DNA of 32,000 nucleotides from Trichodesmium erythraeum IMS101. Its GTDB lineage: Bacteria > Cyanobacteriota > Cyanobacteriia > Cyanobacteriales > Microcoleaceae. Under the pieces are notes generated by a model that was given only the letters and a program-made list of their open reading frames with translations, searched no databases and had not been told where the DNA came from. Below are positions 19,426 to 29,411 of the stretch, piece after piece. The stretch is from the NCBI RefSeq assembly GCF_000014265.1, contig NC_008312.1, positions 5,070,001-5,102,000 on the forward strand, read 5' to 3'. Every line of letters begins with the position of its first letter. Position 1 is the first letter of the stretch. Made by a program: the position numbers and the translations under genes.

Positions 19426-20928
19426 TTACCGAAAATCATACCCAAACAAATTGGGGTCAACCTGCCCTAACTGCAAATTCTCAAACCCATATTCTTCCCA
19501 ACGTTTATCCACCATTGCCGATATATTTGGGTCAGACTCCAAAGCGGCACCCCACTCATGGTAAGTCTCGGGGGGAATTTTTGTGGTCGCATCTATTCCC
19601 ATCCGACAACCCAAGCCAATTTTCTCACTGGCAACATCTAAACTATGGAAAGGTGTATTCGGCAAAATAAACACATCTCTAGAAGGATCAACCTTAGAGC
19701 TAGTTGCCCAGACTACTTGACGCGGGTCGCGAATATTGATCTTTTCATCTACTACAATAACAAATTGTGTATAAGTAAACTGTGGCAAAGCACTCCAAAA
19801 AGCTAAAGCAGCTCGCCTTGCCTGAGCTGGATATGCTTTCTTGGTAGAGAGGACTGTAGCTTTGTAACTGAGGGCTTCCATTGATAGGAAAAAATCTACA
19901 ATTTCTGAAACTTGCTGCCTCAGGATAGGAGTATAGATCCGGAGCGATCGCTATAATTGCCTCTTATGAAGGAGGTCTGCCACTAAAAGTCGTTAGATAA
20001 ACTGGGTCTTTCCGATGAGTTATACAGTGAAATCTAATCATTGGAGAATCTTCCATCCGACAATAATAACCCATATGCTCGCCCAAGGGGCCATCCGGCA
20101 ATACTTCCCCAGGAGTAATAGTACCTTCTAGAACAAATTCTGAATCTACAGGTACTTCCAAGTCTAGAGTTTTACATTTGTTTAACTGCACACCTGAACC
20201 ACCATAAAGTCCGGCAAATAACCATTCAGATAAATCTACCGGAATTGGAGTAGCACCAGCCATAATAATTAATGGGTCTACTTCCAGGGCCATGGCAATT
20301 TCCAACTCTTTCCCATTTTCTGCTGCCTCCCTCAAATGTCGCGCTCTACCACGGACTGATAACCAATGCATACTCATAGTATTACGAGACTGTAACTGCA
20401 GCCGATAAACTCCCACATTAGGAGTACCTGTTTCACAGTCTTTTGAATTACCAAACCAAGAGTAATAATTTTACCTGCATCTCCTGGATAGGGGCGAATT
20501 ATGGGAATTTTGTTTAAGTCAAGGGCATCTCCTTGAATAACTACTTGTTGACAAGGAGGGAAAAAGTCGCGCCCTGGTTTTGCTTTGACTACATCAAATA
20601 GAACTTTACCAAATTCTACTGCTTGAGAAATCTTTTTTGGTGGTTTAGGTTGTTGCAGCATTCCCAGTTTTTTACCCAAGGTTTCCAACTCCTGGGGTTT
20701 TTCGATATTCATTGCCCAGCAGACTCGTTCTTCGGTCCCTAAAAGATTTATTGCTATGGAGTGCTCAGACCCTTTAACATTTTCAAATAGAAGAGCAGGG
20801 CCACCATTTTGTAGCATCTGGTTACAAATTTCTGCTATTTCTAGGTCAGGGTCAACTAAGGCTTTAATTCAGCATAGTTGTCCTCGGTCTTCTAAAATTT
20901 TTAGGAATCCTCTTAAATCACGGGCCAT
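19426..20928 (-). pseudogene. ubiD: UbiD-family decarboxylase (4-hydroxy-3-prenylbenzoate decarboxylase) pseudogene
   Basis: The full-length homology is split over at least 4 pieces:
- MARDLRGFLKILEDRGQLC*IKALVDPDLEIAEICNQ, with a TGA stop at about codon 20.
- ORF 20374-20817.
- A frameshift near 20450 (GLVI|KDCETGTPNVGVYRLQ).
- ORF 19964-20416, ending in TAA after SGRPPS.
- A further frameshift near 19930 (RIYTPILRQQVSEIVDFFLSMEAL).
- ORF 19426-19881. Confidence 0.9.
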
Positions 20929-21100
20929 AATTATTTTGGTTAAATATTATCTTACACTATGAATTTATAGAATTTTGGGTGAGAGGGTTTAGATTAAATA
21001 TAATGACCAAAATATTTTGGTTATGGAGAGAAAAATTGTTTCCAGACCTAGTACATACCGCAAATCTAGTTTTTCTTTTTTTGCTTTTTCCTTCTTTTTT

Positions 21101-22510
21101 ATGAAATGTCCCACTTGTGGTTCTACATCTTTACGCAAAAATGGTCGTCCCAATAATCGTCAACGTTATCGCTGCAAAGATTGTGGTCGGCAGTTTATGG
21201 TACAGTCACCTACGTCAAATATAGAGCAGAAAATTTCTGTTAATCCATCTGAGTCTAAAGCCTTAGCTGAAGCTCCAAAATCGGGAATGGCAATTTTATT
21301 ATTAGATGTTGAAAATTTAAAAATTGATGTTAATACGGAGCAATTTTTAGCGAATATTTCTGAATATTCTTTACAAGTTAAGATTGCTTTTGGTAATTGG
21401 AAAAGTTCTGCTTTGAGCAAATGTGATGGAGAACTTTTTAACCGTGGATATCAACTTATTCATGTTCCTGAAGGTAAGAATAGTGCTGATGCTCAAATGA
21501 TGTCTATGGGGGCAGCTATTGGTAGGCAATATTCTGATGCTAAAGCTGTTTTTGTTTGTTCTTCGGATTGGTTATTGACTCACCTTTGTAATAGTTTACA
21601 AAATCAAGGTTTGGTTGTTTATCGGGTGAAAAGAAAGCCAGATAATATTCTAAGTATAGAAAATCGGAATACTTTGGAGGTGAGGCATTATTCCTTAAAA
21701 ATGACAACAGAAATTCCACAATTTGAAGATTTTGTGGATAAAATTCAGGGGTTGTTGCAATTGGCAAATGAGTCGATTAGTCAGCGCAAATCTGAATTAT
21801 CTATTATTGCTAGTTTATTAGAAAAGCGATGTGAAATTTCTCTAGATAGACAATCTAAACAAAGTTTATCCGAGGTTTTTTATGAAGAACTGGAGATTGG
21901 AGAAACTAAAAGTTTAACGACAGAATTGGTTGAAAAAAAGTCAACTATTCAGTCAAATACAGTTGATTTACCTGAGATTAATTCTCGAGCAGAGTTTGAG
22001 GAAGAATTGATCAAAATTATCTCTAATATTCCAGTAAATAAAAATCAAGTTTTTGTAGATATGAAGTTGGTCAATGAAAAATTTATGGCAATATTTGGCG
22101 AGGATATAAAACAGATATTAGAGAACTTAAAAATTAATAGTGATCTGGATAATTTTTTCAAATTTTCTCCAAGATTTAGAGTGAAAAAAAAAACCAAATC
22201 TAAAGAATATCAAGTGGCGATCGCTGCTCAAAACATAAATACTGTAAATTCACAGATAATTAGATCTCCAGAACAATTGGAAAAAGCCCTGGTGAATATT
22301 ATTAAAGTTTTAACTGTTCATGAGCCTTATGGCTATATTCTCATTTCTAATGTTGGTACAGAATTTCAAAAACAATATAATTCTTCTATCACTACAATCC
22401 TAAAACAGTTAAAATTAAGTGGTAGATTTATAGAATTTTTAAAATCTTCTAATTGCTTTAATATCAAAAAAGTTTCTAACATGTATCAAGTGGCAATTGC
22501 GAATAATTAA
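21101..22510 (+). CDS. Zn-ribbon / NYN (LabA-like PIN-fold) domain protein with two C-terminal OST-HTH/LOTUS-like modules
   Basis: MKCPTCGSTSLRKNGRPNNRQRYRCKDCGRQF is a CxxC...CxxC ribbon. ILLLDVENL...GYQLIHVPEGKNSADAQM...VFVCSSDWLLTHL is NYN-like. There are two C-terminal ~65-aa segments, each ending YQVAIA. The ORF-track start at 21017 is a TTG preceding a poly-F stretch, so ATG 21101 is preferred. Confidence 0.75.
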   Translation: MKCPTCGSTSLRKNGRPNNRQRYRCKDCGRQFMVQSPTSNIEQKISVNPSESKALAEAPKSGMAILLLDVENLKIDVNTEQFLANISEYSLQVKIAFGNWKSSALSKCDGELFNRGYQLIHVPEGKNSADAQMMSMGAAIGRQYSDAKAVFVCSSDWLLTHLCNSLQNQGLVVYRVKRKPDNILSIENRNTLEVRHYSLKMTTEIPQFEDFVDKIQGLLQLANESISQRKSELSIIASLLEKRCEISLDRQSKQSLSEVFYEELEIGETKSLTTELVEKKSTIQSNTVDLPEINSRAEFEEELIKIISNIPVNKNQVFVDMKLVNEKFMAIFGEDIKQILENLKINSDLDNFFKFSPRFRVKKKTKSKEYQVAIAAQNINTVNSQIIRSPEQLEKALVNIIKVLTVHEPYGYILISNVGTEFQKQYNSSITTILKQLKLSGRFIEFLKSSNCFNIKKVSNMYQVAIANN

Positions 22511-22618
22511 TAACTAAAAATTTACAAAAAATCGAAGAATATCACATCAGTTTGGGATAATTTAGATTTATAAATAATTTAGGATACTTACCTATAGAGC
22601 ATAAAAAAAATATTACAG

Positions 22619-23524
22619 ATGAATATGAATTATCAATATACTTTAGGAGGGGAATTTTCGCGGTCGGGAGTGGGTTTACATAGTGGTATAAAATCTCATG
22701 TTAAAATTATGTCTGCTCCTCAAAATACAGGCAGATATTTTGTTAGAATTGACTTACCTAATTATCCAGTAATTCCAGCTATAGTTTCTTCTGTTATTTC
22801 TACTACTCTCTCTACAGAACTAGGTACTAGAGATATTCGTATCCGTACTGTAGAACATCTATTAGCTGCTTTGGCAGGAATGGGTATAGATAATGCTCGA
22901 ATAGAAATTGATAGCCCTGAAATTCCCTTGTTAGATGGTTCAGCTAAAGTCTGGACAGAGGCGATCGCTTCTATAGGATTAGTAAAAGCAAAGGGGGTAG
23001 ATGAGGAGGTTGGGAAATGGAGAGATGAAACTATAGAAATTAATAATACTCACCTCCAACAACTCAAAGCCCATAAACTACCTGTGATTTCTCAACCAGT
23101 CTGGATATATCAGGGGGATAGTTTTGTTGCTGCTTTACCGAGTCTTGAAACTCGCTTTACTTATGGGATAGATTTTGATTTACCAGCGATCGGTAATCAA
23201 TGGTATAGTTGGTCTCCACAAACAGAAAGTTTCACTGATTCTATTGCCCCGGCTCGGACATTTGGTTTATCATATCAGATTGACCAATTGCGAGAAGCTG
23301 GTTTGATCAAAGGTGGTAGTTTAGATAATGCTCTAGTTTGTAGTGAAACTGGATGGTTAAATCCACCCTTAAGATTTACAAATGAACCAGTGCGTCATAA
23401 AATTTTAGATTTAATTGGAGATTTGAGTTTACTGGGAAGTTTTCCTCAGGCTCATTATTTTGCTTACAAAGCTAGTCATAAGTTGCATATCCAGTTAGCT
23501 CAAAAAATTTTAGAGTTAAACTAA
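22619..23524 (+). CDS. lpxC: UDP-3-O-acyl-N-acetylglucosamine deacetylase
   Basis: [42 protein letters not shown] and [15 protein letters not shown] are conserved LpxC blocks. The gene sits in the lpxC-fabZ-lpxA context. Confidence 0.9.
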   Translation: MNMNYQYTLGGEFSRSGVGLHSGIKSHVKIMSAPQNTGRYFVRIDLPNYPVIPAIVSSVISTTLSTELGTRDIRIRTVEHLLAALAGMGIDNARIEIDSPEIPLLDGSAKVWTEAIASIGLVKAKGVDEEVGKWRDETIEINNTHLQQLKAHKLPVISQPVWIYQGDSFVAALPSLETRFTYGIDFDLPAIGNQWYSWSPQTESFTDSIAPARTFGLSYQIDQLREAGLIKGGSLDNALVCSETGWLNPPLRFTNEPVRHKILDLIGDLSLLGSFPQAHYFAYKASHKLHIQLAQKILELN

Positions 23525-23798
23525 TTGCACAAAATTACTTTAATCTTAGAAGAGTATCAAGATTGATATGTAGCAATCAAAAAATAATTTGTGAAAAAAA
23601 CCATGGGGGTTTGCAAACCAAACCTAAGTATAATAATATATTACAAAATCAATGAGGATAGCTATAATTAATCAAAACTATAACGTCTTAGTTTGGATAG
23701 TTTTTAAAACTTTTATGTTCGTAAGTCTTCTAAAAATTAATGTTATGATTACTTTTTACTCATGGTAAGATAAAAGCCTCCAATCAATAACTATACAA

Positions 23799-24323
23799 AT
23801 GTCAACTTCTAAAGAAACTACAAGTAATTCGATAGATACTAAAGAAAATTCTCAGACTCAAAAAAATCAAGAGGCTCCAACTACTGGAGCAAATATTCTG
23901 ACTATTGAAGAGATTCACAAAATATTACCACACCGATACCCCTTTGCTTTAGTAGACCGGATCATAGAATATGTACCAGGAGAAAAAGCAGTTGGTATTA
24001 AAAATGTGACCTTTAATGAACCCCATTTTCAAGGACATTTTCCCGGAAGACCAATTATGCCAGGGGTATTAATCATAGAAGCATTGGCTCAAGTCGGAGG
24101 TATAATATCTGCTCAAATGCCCAATATTAAAGAAGGATTATTTGTATTTGCAGCTATGGATAAGGTAAAATTCCGCCGTCCAGTATTACCAGGAGACCAG
24201 CTAATATTAACAACAGAATTACTCTCCTTTAAAAGTAATAAGTTTGCCAAAATGCGAGGTGTTGCAGAAGTGGATGGTCAAAAAGCTGCAGAAGGGGACT
24301 TGATGTTTTCAATGATGGATTAA
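23799..24323 (+). CDS. fabZ: 3-hydroxyacyl-ACP dehydratase FabZ, with an ~30-aa low-complexity N-terminal extension
   Basis: [13 protein letters not shown]...[30 protein letters not shown] matches FabZ. Confidence 0.92.
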   Translation: MSTSKETTSNSIDTKENSQTQKNQEAPTTGANILTIEEIHKILPHRYPFALVDRIIEYVPGEKAVGIKNVTFNEPHFQGHFPGRPIMPGVLIIEALAQVGGIISAQMPNIKEGLFVFAAMDKVKFRRPVLPGDQLILTTELLSFKSNKFAKMRGVAEVDGQKAAEGDLMFSMMD

Positions 24324-24326
24324 AAT

Positions 24327-25154
24327 ATGCCTACTCTAATTCACTCAACAGCCGTTATAGCTGAAAGTGCCGAACTACATCCCACTGTACAGGTGGGTCC
24401 TTATGCTGTAATAGGAGAAAAGGTTAAGGTAGGGGCAGGGACTACTATTGGCGCTAATGTTGTGATTGAAGGGCCAACAGAAATTGGCTCTGGTAATCGA
24501 ATTTTTCCTGGGGCAGCTATTGGTCTAGAACCACAAGATTTAAAATATGCGGGCGCTCCTAGTAGAGTTAAAATTGGGGACAATAACCAAATTAGGGAAT
24601 TCGTTACTGTTAACCGTGCTACTTATGCTGGTGAGAGTACTATAATTGGTAATGGCAATTTGCTGATGGCTTATGTTCATGTGGCGCACAATTGTATTGT
24701 TGAAGATTCTGTGGTGATAGCTAATGCTGTATCTTTAGCAGGTCATGTCAAAATTGAGTCTAAGGCTGTAATTGGTGGGGTTTTGGGTATCCATCAGTTT
24801 GTTCATGTTGGCAAAATGGCAATGGTGGGTGGCATGGGCAAGGTAGTTAGAGATGTCCCACCTTTTATGTTGGTGGAAGGGAATCCTTGTTTGGTGCGAT
24901 CGCTTAATTTAGTTGGATTAAAGCGTGCTGGTGTGACCAGTGCAGATTTAGCAATTTTGAAAAAGGCTTTTCGGATTTTCTATCGTGAAGATAAACTTTT
25001 TAGTGAAGCTTTAAATGAATTACAATTACTCTCAGAAAATAAGTATGCTCAAGAATTACATCAGTTTTTAAGTATGTCTCTGGGGTCTGAACGTCGTGGA
25101 CCGATGCCGGGAAAAAGGTCGAAGGGATCAAGGTTAGAAGGGTTTAATAATTAA
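24327..25154 (+). CDS. lpxA: Acyl-ACP--UDP-N-acetylglucosamine O-acyltransferase
   Basis: IHSTAVI start, hexapeptide repeats throughout, and the C-terminal LNLVGLKRAG...L..AFRIFYR helical domain. It starts 4 nt after the fabZ stop. Confidence 0.92.
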   Translation: MPTLIHSTAVIAESAELHPTVQVGPYAVIGEKVKVGAGTTIGANVVIEGPTEIGSGNRIFPGAAIGLEPQDLKYAGAPSRVKIGDNNQIREFVTVNRATYAGESTIIGNGNLLMAYVHVAHNCIVEDSVVIANAVSLAGHVKIESKAVIGGVLGIHQFVHVGKMAMVGGMGKVVRDVPPFMLVEGNPCLVRSLNLVGLKRAGVTSADLAILKKAFRIFYREDKLFSEALNELQLLSENKYAQELHQFLSMSLGSERRGPMPGKRSKGSRLEGFNN

Positions 25155-25253
25155 TATATAGCAATCCTATTTGATTTGTGGTTCAAATCTTAGGGCTTCT
25201 TGGGAATAGGTTTGGACACAATGGGCAAAGGTTAAGTAAATATTTGAGGACTA

Positions 25254-25348
25254 TTTTGTCATAAAATGAATTATGTGACGAAATAGTCAGGTCATAGAAT
25301 TTGTCATAAATTATTGGGGTGAATTTAGTCAGAATATGTCAAAAAAAA
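25254..25348 (+). repeat. Cluster of GTCA-core AT-rich repeats (TTTGTCATAAA-like), a possible protein-binding array or transposon-end relic.
   Basis: TTTTGTCATAAAATGAATTATGTGACGAAATAGTCAGGTCATAGAATTTGTCATAAATT...TTTAGTCAGAATATGTCAAAAAA has six GTCA cores plus one inverted (GTGAC) in about 95 bp. TTTGTCATAAA occurs twice. Confidence 0.4.
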
Positions 25349-25640
25349 CGGTGGTAATTATGGACTAATCTCCAATGAGGAAAAACCGGATGAGTTATTG
25401 AATGAATGGATAGTGTTTTTAGGTAAATCCTGTTTAAGCAGAAAGCTTAAGTATAAATTCACAGACAGAGAAGTTTATTTCTATCTTTATGATTGAAAAT
25501 CAAAGCATTCTGCAATTTTTTTAGGCTTACCCGAAAGTTTTAGTTTTCTCTGCTTTTGTAATATTCTCTGTACAGGTCTTTATCTTTCGGGCTATGAGTC
25601 TAGAAAATTTAAAGTTACTGAGTTTCTTGTATCAAATAAA

Positions 25641-26858
25641 GTGAAGCTTAAATTTTGGGTTCCGATATGTCTATTAGCCACAATTTTGGTTAGTATACGT
25701 TTTCCACTTCTACAATATTTCTTTAAGGATGAGAAAGACGATAAGAGTCGTTATTGCAAGTACTCTTATCAATCAGCATACAATAACATTGACCAATTTA
25801 AAGAGGTTTTACTTTCGGAAGCCAAGAAAGATATAGCTAAAAAGTTATTCAAAAATCAATTTATAGATAGTATGGGTAGGTCTAATTACAGTCTTAAACA
25901 AGAAGATATGATGCTTAATGTTCTCAAAGAATATATAGTTCTAGAAAAAAAAGAATATGAGAACAACAGCAATTTTGGTGAGTCTTGCATATCTTTCAAG
26001 GTCAGTCAAAAGCCTGAAGATAAGATGTTTAAACCTATAGAATTTCAAAAGCAATACTGTGCTTCAGATATGAATGCTTCTTTGGAAAAAATACAACAAG
26101 AAAAAGAGAACATAATTATTGCTAGACTTCAAGAGCATGAACCTAAACTTCGACAACGTGGAAGGAAGGAAATTTTAAGTCTAGTGTCAAAAAAGCTGTT
26201 TTTTGAGGAAGATTTAAAGGACAAGAAACATTGTGGAGTAATCAAGTTTAGCATATTGCCAATTGAGCTTCAGATAATTGTAAGAGAAGATTTCAATATT
26301 GGTGAATTTCAAATTATTCGTAGAGTTACAGGAGTGGATACAAAGCAAAAACAAGCTAAGTTTCAAGTCGCTATTTTGTCTGACAAGTATAATTGGAAGT
26401 ATGAAAGTGACGATCAAATTGAGTTGAAAGGAGAAGTTGCTGATATTTCTCCGTTGCTCTCTAGTGAAGAAATGATTTCTAATTTTAGAGAAACTTCTGA
26501 AGTAATTAGTGTTGGTACTGCTTCATGTGAGGGAGAAGAAATCACAGAAAACGAGAGAGCCTACAGCAGAGCTGTTAATTTGGATAAATGGTTGAAACAG
26601 ATTTTACAGGAGCATGACGCTCTCAAAGTCAAAAAAAGATATACTTTGACATTAGGAAAATACAGAGAAGAGTGTTCCCTCACGACTGAACAACAGACAG
26701 CTATTCAACGTAGAATCATTATAATTAGTACTATATATAGAGATAAAGATGTGAATTTATCTGAGGCACTTTATAATGCTATGAAAAACTGGGCAAATTT
26801 CTCGTTTGATGTTGAGAAGTATGGTGAATTTAGACTTGAAAAATCTTCAAATGCCTGA
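25641..26858 (+). CDS. Hypothetical membrane-anchored protein (405 aa, K/E-rich) with a possible divergent OmpA_C-like C-terminal domain
   Basis: It has a GTG start followed by a hydrophobic anchor (FWVPICLLATILVSIRFPLL). The C-terminus VGTASCEGEEITENERAYSRAVNLDKWL ... TEQQTAIQRRIIIIS resembles the G.AS.EG....N..LS..RA..V / NRRVEI blocks of OmpA-like peptidoglycan-binding domains. The rest is unrecognised. Confidence 0.6.
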   Translation: MKLKFWVPICLLATILVSIRFPLLQYFFKDEKDDKSRYCKYSYQSAYNNIDQFKEVLLSEAKKDIAKKLFKNQFIDSMGRSNYSLKQEDMMLNVLKEYIVLEKKEYENNSNFGESCISFKVSQKPEDKMFKPIEFQKQYCASDMNASLEKIQQEKENIIIARLQEHEPKLRQRGRKEILSLVSKKLFFEEDLKDKKHCGVIKFSILPIELQIIVREDFNIGEFQIIRRVTGVDTKQKQAKFQVAILSDKYNWKYESDDQIELKGEVADISPLLSSEEMISNFRETSEVISVGTASCEGEEITENERAYSRAVNLDKWLKQILQEHDALKVKKRYTLTLGKYREECSLTTEQQTAIQRRIIIISTIYRDKDVNLSEALYNAMKNWANFSFDVEKYGEFRLEKSSNA

Positions 26859-26953
26859 AACTCTGATCTCGGAGAGTACTTTTCCCTTTTTTGAGTAATA
26901 TTTTCTACACAACTTAAATAAATAACTGCTATTATATTTTGAGCTTATTGCCA

Positions 26954-28195
26954 ATGCTTAACCCCCCATCTCCCATCAAAATTTTTATTAGTACAGGTGA
27001 AGTTTCTGGAGATTTACAAGGTGCTCTGTTAGTTGAGGCACTCTACCGCCAAGCTCAACTTCAGGGTTTAAATGTGGATATTGTGGCTTTGGGGGGAGAT
27101 CGCATGGCTACTGCTGGTACTACTTTGTTGGGCAATACAACTAAAATTGGTTCTGTAGGAATTGTTGAGTCTTTACCTTTTGTTTTCCCTACTCTGAAAA
27201 TTCAAGAAAAAGCTAAGGAATATCTACATCAGCAGTCTCCTAATATAGTTGTTTTAATTGACTACATGGGGCCTAATCTCAGTATTGGTAGTTATATTCG
27301 CAAAACCTGGCCAAATTTGCCGATTATTTGGTACATTGCTCCTCAAGAATGGGTTTGGTCTCTGGGAAAGGATAAAACAGCTAAAATAGTGAGTTTTGCG
27401 GATAAACTTTTAGCTATTTTTCCAGAGGAGGCAAGTTATTTTCGCCAACAGGGAGCTGATGTTACTTGGGTAGGTCATCCAATTATTGACAGGATTAAAA
27501 TGGCTCCTACTAGGGAAAAAGCTCGTAGTACTTTGGGTATAGCTCCTGATACATTGGCGATCGCTTTATTGCCTGCATCTCGGCAACAAGAAGTGAAATA
27601 TTTAATGCCTGTAATTTTTCAGGCAGCTCAAATAATTCAGAAAAAATTACCCCAGGCTCATTTTCTGATTCCTCTATCTTTAGAGATTTATCGTGATGCT
27701 ATCACGGAGGGAATTAATAAGTATCAACTGCAGGCAACAGTTTATCCATCTTTTCCACAAAATAGTGACGAAATACAAGAAAGGAACAATTTAGAAATTC
27801 TGGCTGCAGCTGACTTGGCGATCGCTAAATCTGGTACTGTAAATTTAGAAATAGCTTTGCTAAATATACCTCAAGTAGTAATATATAAAGTTAATCCTAT
27901 AACTGCTTGGATTGCTAGAAATATTCTGAGGTTTTCTATTCCATTTATTTCTCCACCTAATCTAGTACAAATGAAGTCTATTGTACCGGAATTATTTCAA
28001 GAAAATGCTAATCCTGAAAATATTGTTTCTGAAGCTTTGGAACTTTTATTAAATTCTCAACGCCGTGCTCAGACATTAAATGATTATCAAGAAATGCGTC
28101 AATCTTTGGGAGAAGAAGGAGTTTGTAATCGCGCAGCTCAAGCAATTTTGGATTTAGTTTTAACCAGAAAATCAAAATCTTTTTCAGATATTTAA
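26954..28195 (+). CDS. lpxB: Lipid-A-disaccharide synthase
   Basis: IFISTGEVSGDLQGALL, YIAPQEWVWS, VGHP and KSGTVNLE are conserved LpxB blocks. ATG 26954 is preferred over the track's TTG at 26939. Confidence 0.9.
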   Translation: MLNPPSPIKIFISTGEVSGDLQGALLVEALYRQAQLQGLNVDIVALGGDRMATAGTTLLGNTTKIGSVGIVESLPFVFPTLKIQEKAKEYLHQQSPNIVVLIDYMGPNLSIGSYIRKTWPNLPIIWYIAPQEWVWSLGKDKTAKIVSFADKLLAIFPEEASYFRQQGADVTWVGHPIIDRIKMAPTREKARSTLGIAPDTLAIALLPASRQQEVKYLMPVIFQAAQIIQKKLPQAHFLIPLSLEIYRDAITEGINKYQLQATVYPSFPQNSDEIQERNNLEILAAADLAIAKSGTVNLEIALLNIPQVVIYKVNPITAWIARNILRFSIPFISPPNLVQMKSIVPELFQENANPENIVSEALELLLNSQRRAQTLNDYQEMRQSLGEEGVCNRAAQAILDLVLTRKSKSFSDI

Positions 28196-28444
28196 ATAAG
28201 TAATTTTTAGTAGGGGTACAAAAGTAGGTATTCGGGGTGTAGGAATCAAACCCCTAGAGGGGGTAGACCTCCCTAGAACATATACGATAGGGTTTTTGTT
28301 ATGATAATTAAAAGAACTTGATGTAATGTTAATATTGGTAGCTTTGAAATTATCATTTTATCAATATTATAAATGATGGCAACAAGTTTTAAACATAAAA
28401 ATTAGTTTTATGATTAAAACTAAGAAAAATATTTCTCGGCTTAT

Positions 28445-29041
28445 ATGAATAGTATTTATCTGCTGCTTTTACTTTATTCAAAAAGGATTTTAAGATTCTG
28501 TAACATAGGAAAAAAAAGAAAAAAAAGTTTGACTATTCTTTTCATTTTTTTCGGAAAAATCTTTCTGTATATAAGTTTTATAATAGCTATTGAAAAGCCT
28601 CTTTTTTCTGGGGAACTTAGGAATAATATTATCTCTAAAGAAATCATAAATAAACTTGAAATTCAAGGTTTTTTGGATGGTTATCAAAGGTCTAAATCTG
28701 GTTTAGATGAATTCATAGAAGGAGGAATTCAGAAACGAAATATAATGGAAATAATAGAGCATAAAATTTATGCTGATGCTTATCTACGTGGTTATTTACA
28801 GTTTGAAACTGACCTAAGTAAGTATATTACTATGAATAAAAGTGAAATGTATTTACAAGCTATAGGGTTTAAAGATGGTTGTTTGAGAGCAAAAGCTAGA
28901 TTAAATAAATTTCCAGGAGTGGGAATGGATAACTTAGGTTTAACAAAATTAAGACAACAGTTAATTTATATTGATGCCTATCAGCGAGGTTATTATAGAT
29001 GGTTATTTACTAATTCTTGTCTACCTACACCATATAATTAG
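28445..29041 (+). CDS. Hypothetical protein (198 aa) with an N-terminal hydrophobic segment and an internal ~65-aa duplication
   Basis: QGFLDGYQRSKSGLDEF...KIYADAYLRGY is repeated as IGFKDGCLRAKARLNKF...LIYIDAYQRGY. I recognise no family, and the start codon is uncertain. Confidence 0.5.
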   Translation: MNSIYLLLLLYSKRILRFCNIGKKRKKSLTILFIFFGKIFLYISFIIAIEKPLFSGELRNNIISKEIINKLEIQGFLDGYQRSKSGLDEFIEGGIQKRNIMEIIEHKIYADAYLRGYLQFETDLSKYITMNKSEMYLQAIGFKDGCLRAKARLNKFPGVGMDNLGLTKLRQQLIYIDAYQRGYYRWLFTNSCLPTPYN

Positions 29042-29411
29042 GGTTTACTGAAAAGTTTACTCAGTGAGTTTTAAGAGTCAGAAATAAGGAGTTAGGAGTT
29101 AGTATTGCAGGAGTTCCAGAAATTATAATTACAGCAGTTTTAGAGTTAAGTAAAATCGTTTCATACACCTCAAAATTCATACATTAATACATTATAGGAG
29201 TTGCCACAACTGTTAGGAATATTTATTATTGCCAGTTGCTTTTTTCCTGTTGCCTTTTAATCAAGATACGATATCCTAACTGATATCTTGGTTACTATAA
29301 GTTTGGAAAAATTCAAAACTTTGATGCTATTAGTAATTTCAGGAAATTATTTGATATTTTTTTACTTCCCTAATCTCATCTTGCTTTCAAGACTAGCTTT
29401 CTTAAGTTAAT

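Noticed and set aside
19398-20962. Plus-strand ORFs 19398-19670 and 20756-20962
   Set aside because: They are antisense to the ubiD pseudogene fragments and carry no recognisable motifs.
25178-25196. tRNA-like T-loop string TGGTTCAAATCT just downstream of lpxA, and GGGGTTTGATTCC on the minus strand at about 28243-28262
   Set aside because: The flanking bases do not form a T-stem, acceptor stem or anticodon arm. No cloverleaf could be built, so I make no tRNA or tRNA-fragment claim.
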